DNA of 64,000 nucleotides from Azolla caroliniana. Its lineage: Eukaryota > Plantae > Polypodiophyta. The stretch is from positions 3,906,001 to 3,970,000 of the forward strand of contig JBHGNT010000007.1 in assembly GCA_043228905.1 (NCBI GenBank), in the 5' to 3' direction. Positions 60,741-64,000 of this stretch are shown in pieces. Below the pieces are notes generated by a model. It was not told the origin of the DNA. It saw nothing but the letters and a program-made list of their open reading frames with translations, and did not search any database. The position numbers were made by a program, and so were the translations under genes. Position 1 is the first letter of the stretch; every line of letters begins with the position of its first letter.

Positions 60741-61497
60741 CGAACAATTGCTTATTAATTAGGTCTCGAAATCCCTACATGTTGAAATGTGGAATTGAAA
60801 GTTCAAATGGCAAAAACACAATATATTGACATCTTATATAATGTTCGAAGTATTAAAGATGTATAAAGAGATCTTTTGGGGAGGAGACAGGATTATGTGG
60901 GGGTAAAAAATATGACCTAACCTTTGATCATTTAGAGTTAATCAAATATCACTCTTTCAAAGCAATTCATCACCATGCGAACAAAGTGAACAATTGCTTA
61001 TTAATTAGGTCTCGAAATCCCTACATGTTGAAATGTCATGTTGAAATGTGGAATTGAAAGTTCAAATGGCAAAAACACAATATATTGACATCTTATATAA
61101 TGTTCGAAGTATTAAAGATGTATAAAGAGATCTTTTGGGGAGGAGACAGGATTATGTGGGGGTAAAAAATATGACCTAACCTTTGATCATTTAGAGTTAA
61201 TCAAATATCACTCTTTCAAAGCAATTCATCACCATGCGAACAAAGTGAACAATTGCTTATTAATTAGGTCTCGAAATCCCTACATGTTGAAATGTCATGT
61301 TGAAATGTGGAATTGAAAGTTCAAATGGCAAAAACACAATATATTGACATCTTATATAATGTTCGAAGTATTAAAGATGTATAAAGAGATCTTTTGGGGA
61401 GGAGACAGGATTATGTGGGGGTAAAAAATATGACCTAACCTTTGATCATTTAGAGTTAATCAAATATCACTCTTTCAAAGCAATTCATCACCATGCG
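60741..61497. repeat. Near-perfect ~250-bp tandem triplication downstream of GH3, within an older diverged duplication (about 60440-61870)
   Basis: AATTGCTTATTAATTAGGTCTCGAAATCCC occurs at 60746, 60992 and 61251 (periods 246 and 259). Confidence 0.93.
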
Positions 61498-62703
61498 TTT
61501 GCTTCTACATTAACTTTTATTTATATCATTAATTGACCTCCATGGACGCCTTGTTGGTTATGGAAGTAACTATAGGCTCTTCCTCGTTAGCAATCCATCA
61601 TCCCATGGCACCATCAACTCTGTTAAAAAAATTGACAATGAAATCCATAATCAAATGAAAATTTGCTAACATAAATGGCTAATCACTCATGATCAATATG
61701 AGTGTATGATTGGCGGCATGACAAAGAGAGATAATCTGATGGCTATTAATCATAATTTCAATTCAATTAACAAAAACGAACATTTAGCAATTATCTTTAG
61801 ATCCCTATGGGCTGAAATGTGGATTTGAAAGTTCAAATTGCCAAAATACAATATATTTACATATTATAATTACCCTCCTCAACAACACACTTGATGAGAC
61901 ACTCTGCAACTAGGGTGAATATTCTCATAACTGATCCAACATGAGCAAAGAAACCCTAAACCCTTTTTGTGTTACATTTTATCAGGGAGATCCACTTAAC
62001 CCCACGTACATAAAAGTGTGTATGCCTCATATTTTGCCATATTCTTCTTCTTTGGCCTTATCTTCCAACCTTTTCAGATATAGTATGTGCAGCTTTGAGT
62101 CAATAACATAAAAAATGTTTGACATCACAAAGTTGATGTGAAGGTCTAGGCAATCTTGAGACTTTTCAATGTAATGAATAGAAACTTAATGGGAATCTTC
62201 CATCTACAACACAATGACAAATCAGTTTATGCAGTTTTCAATTCATGACTCCATTTTGTAGGTGTTTCAATGATTACATTTTTGTATGACATGCAGAATT
62301 TGATAGAATGCATCGCATATATGTTGATAAATTCATCGCCATTCAAGAGAGTACATATATTTTGATAGTTTAGAATTTCAAGACCATTCAAAAGTCAACA
62401 GAAAACCCAAAAATCAATTGTGGAATTCACTATCATGTGCATATATTTTGTAGCGTTGCTCTTTTTTAAACAAATAACAGTACATATTTATGCACCTCCA
62501 CAACTAACATTCATCGAATATGTCGACCTTTGATGTGGATTATGTTGACCTTTGATGTGGATCCATGAAAATCATTCATACAACTCACGCACGAGTAATT
62601 AAAGTGATCGATCTTTCACCAACTATGGCGAACAATGGACTTCAGTGATTGTAGACAAGATTATCATTATTTCCTATCCCATTAAGAATGAATTGTCATC
62701 AAA

Positions 62704-64000
62704 CACGTTCGCGTTCACAAGTGGAAGGATTGCGCATTCCACTTGTAGAATCTTCTTAAAACGAAGCAAATACACCCTCTCTACAAAAATTGGATGCACT
62801 AGTATCACATGTTCCTCAACTTGATGAGAATTTGCAAATATAAAAATACATGATAGATCTACGAGTGGAGATCATTAGAAATCATGCAAGTTTAGACATG
62901 TTGATAAGTTAATGTAGGCATAATAAAGTTCAACTATGGCTCAATATGTCACTACTGTGCGACAAGGGAAACACTAACTTAAAGACTTATATTAATTAGG
63001 TAAGTTTTACAAAAATATGAGGTGTACTTGTATCCATACTAATAAAATGAGATATAATTTATACTTTGACCCATACGTGCATGTATGTAATTGTGGAAAA
63101 TGTAGGATAGTGCACATTAGGATAAGTGATTGGAATAACTAACTTATTAAAGTATTCAATACTTGTATTTAAAGTTGATCTAATCTATTCCTCAGTTTGT
63201 TCATATGGGATCAAACCATATGTGTATATAATTGTGCACAATGTAAGGCAGTGAACTTTAGGATAATGTCGTGGAAATAACAAACCTATTAGGCTTTCAT
63301 ACCTGTATTTAAAATTGATCTACTCTATTGTTTAGGTGATTCACACAAGATCAAACTCCGAACGATAACGCAACTAGAACCATTATCAACACACTACACA
63401 ATCTAAGCAGCAATGGAATAGAAACATAATAGTTTTAACAATAGAAGACAAAGATCCATAATAACAACATGGACAGTCATGGCAACAATTGTAGGGCCAT
63501 GTTCTGTTAAGGTTAGCTTGGACCAAAATCAGCCTCCATTTAAACTAGTTCATGTTTCTCCATAAGTTTGGTAGTCTGCTATGCACGCGGTGAAACCAAT
63601 ATCATAAATCTACTAATCAAGTATATAAAAATAAAATTGAAACATATAGAAGATTATAAAGAATAGAATCCACTAGGTAAAACCCAAAATTTGTATTAAT
63701 AATGTGAAATCTTAACAAATCGTCAGTGTCATATTCTTCATAGAGTCTATTACATAGCAATCAATTCATCAACGTCATTTTCTTCATCATCTTGTGTAGA
63801 ACTGTCTTCGGCTATACGTGCATTGGTTTCCCCTGTTAGCCGAGCCAATGAAATATCTTCTATAAGCTCATCATCAAGCTCTATTAGCTCCCTCGGTTCG
63901 CCGGCTAACGGAGGAATAGGCTCTCGCGAAATAGGTTGAAACCTTTCTGTATTGGCGAGGTTCTTTGCACCGACCTCCTCATCCTGGTCTGGGCACTCCC
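62704..64000 (-). mobile_element. Second copy of the methyltransferase-carrying element (3' end; runs off the window)
   Basis: Near-identical to 38413-39393 plus 45303-45616, with the same terminus CACGTTCGC and hairpin (62717-62746). It lacks the copia insertion. Confidence 0.9.
63750..64000 (-). CDS. Partial last exon (acidic C-terminal tail) of the methyltransferase gene, second copy
   Basis: Open frame ECPDQDEEVGAKNLANTERFQPISREPIPPLAGEPRELIELDDEL...DVDELIAM*, matching 45366-45616. Confidence 0.8.
   Translation of the reverse strand, partial: ECPDQDEEVGAKNLANTERFQPISREPIPPLAGEPRELIELDDELIEDISLARLTGETNARIAEDSSTQDDEENDVDELIAM

Overview
Eukaryotic land-plant DNA (spliced GH3 gene, plant-type LTR and LINE retroelements; possibly a non-seed plant, but the species cannot be read from the sequence). 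About 1-55 kb is a deep nest of decayed transposons. It holds five Ty1/copia elements, several gag-bearing Gypsy-like elements with a tRNA-Trp primer site and CpG-centred 4-bp target duplications, a Gypsy pol fragment, an L1-like LINE split by two large insertions, RTE-like LINEs, solo LTRs and a hAT MITE. One intact-looking host gene follows: a 5-exon group I GH3 acyl-acid amido synthetase (56719-60302, +). The most unusual feature is a multicopy, apparently mobile, intron-containing gene encoding a ParB/Srx-like domain fused to a bacterial/phage-type beta-class amino-DNA methyltransferase (DIPY ... NPYQKP ... LDLFSGTGTT). It occurs three times (45366-47765 -, 63750-64000 -, 1333-1546 +). The carrying element has a fixed hairpin-bearing end and inserted into an L1 ORF1 without a target-site duplication. 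All assignments come from manual reading of motifs and repeats; no searches were run.
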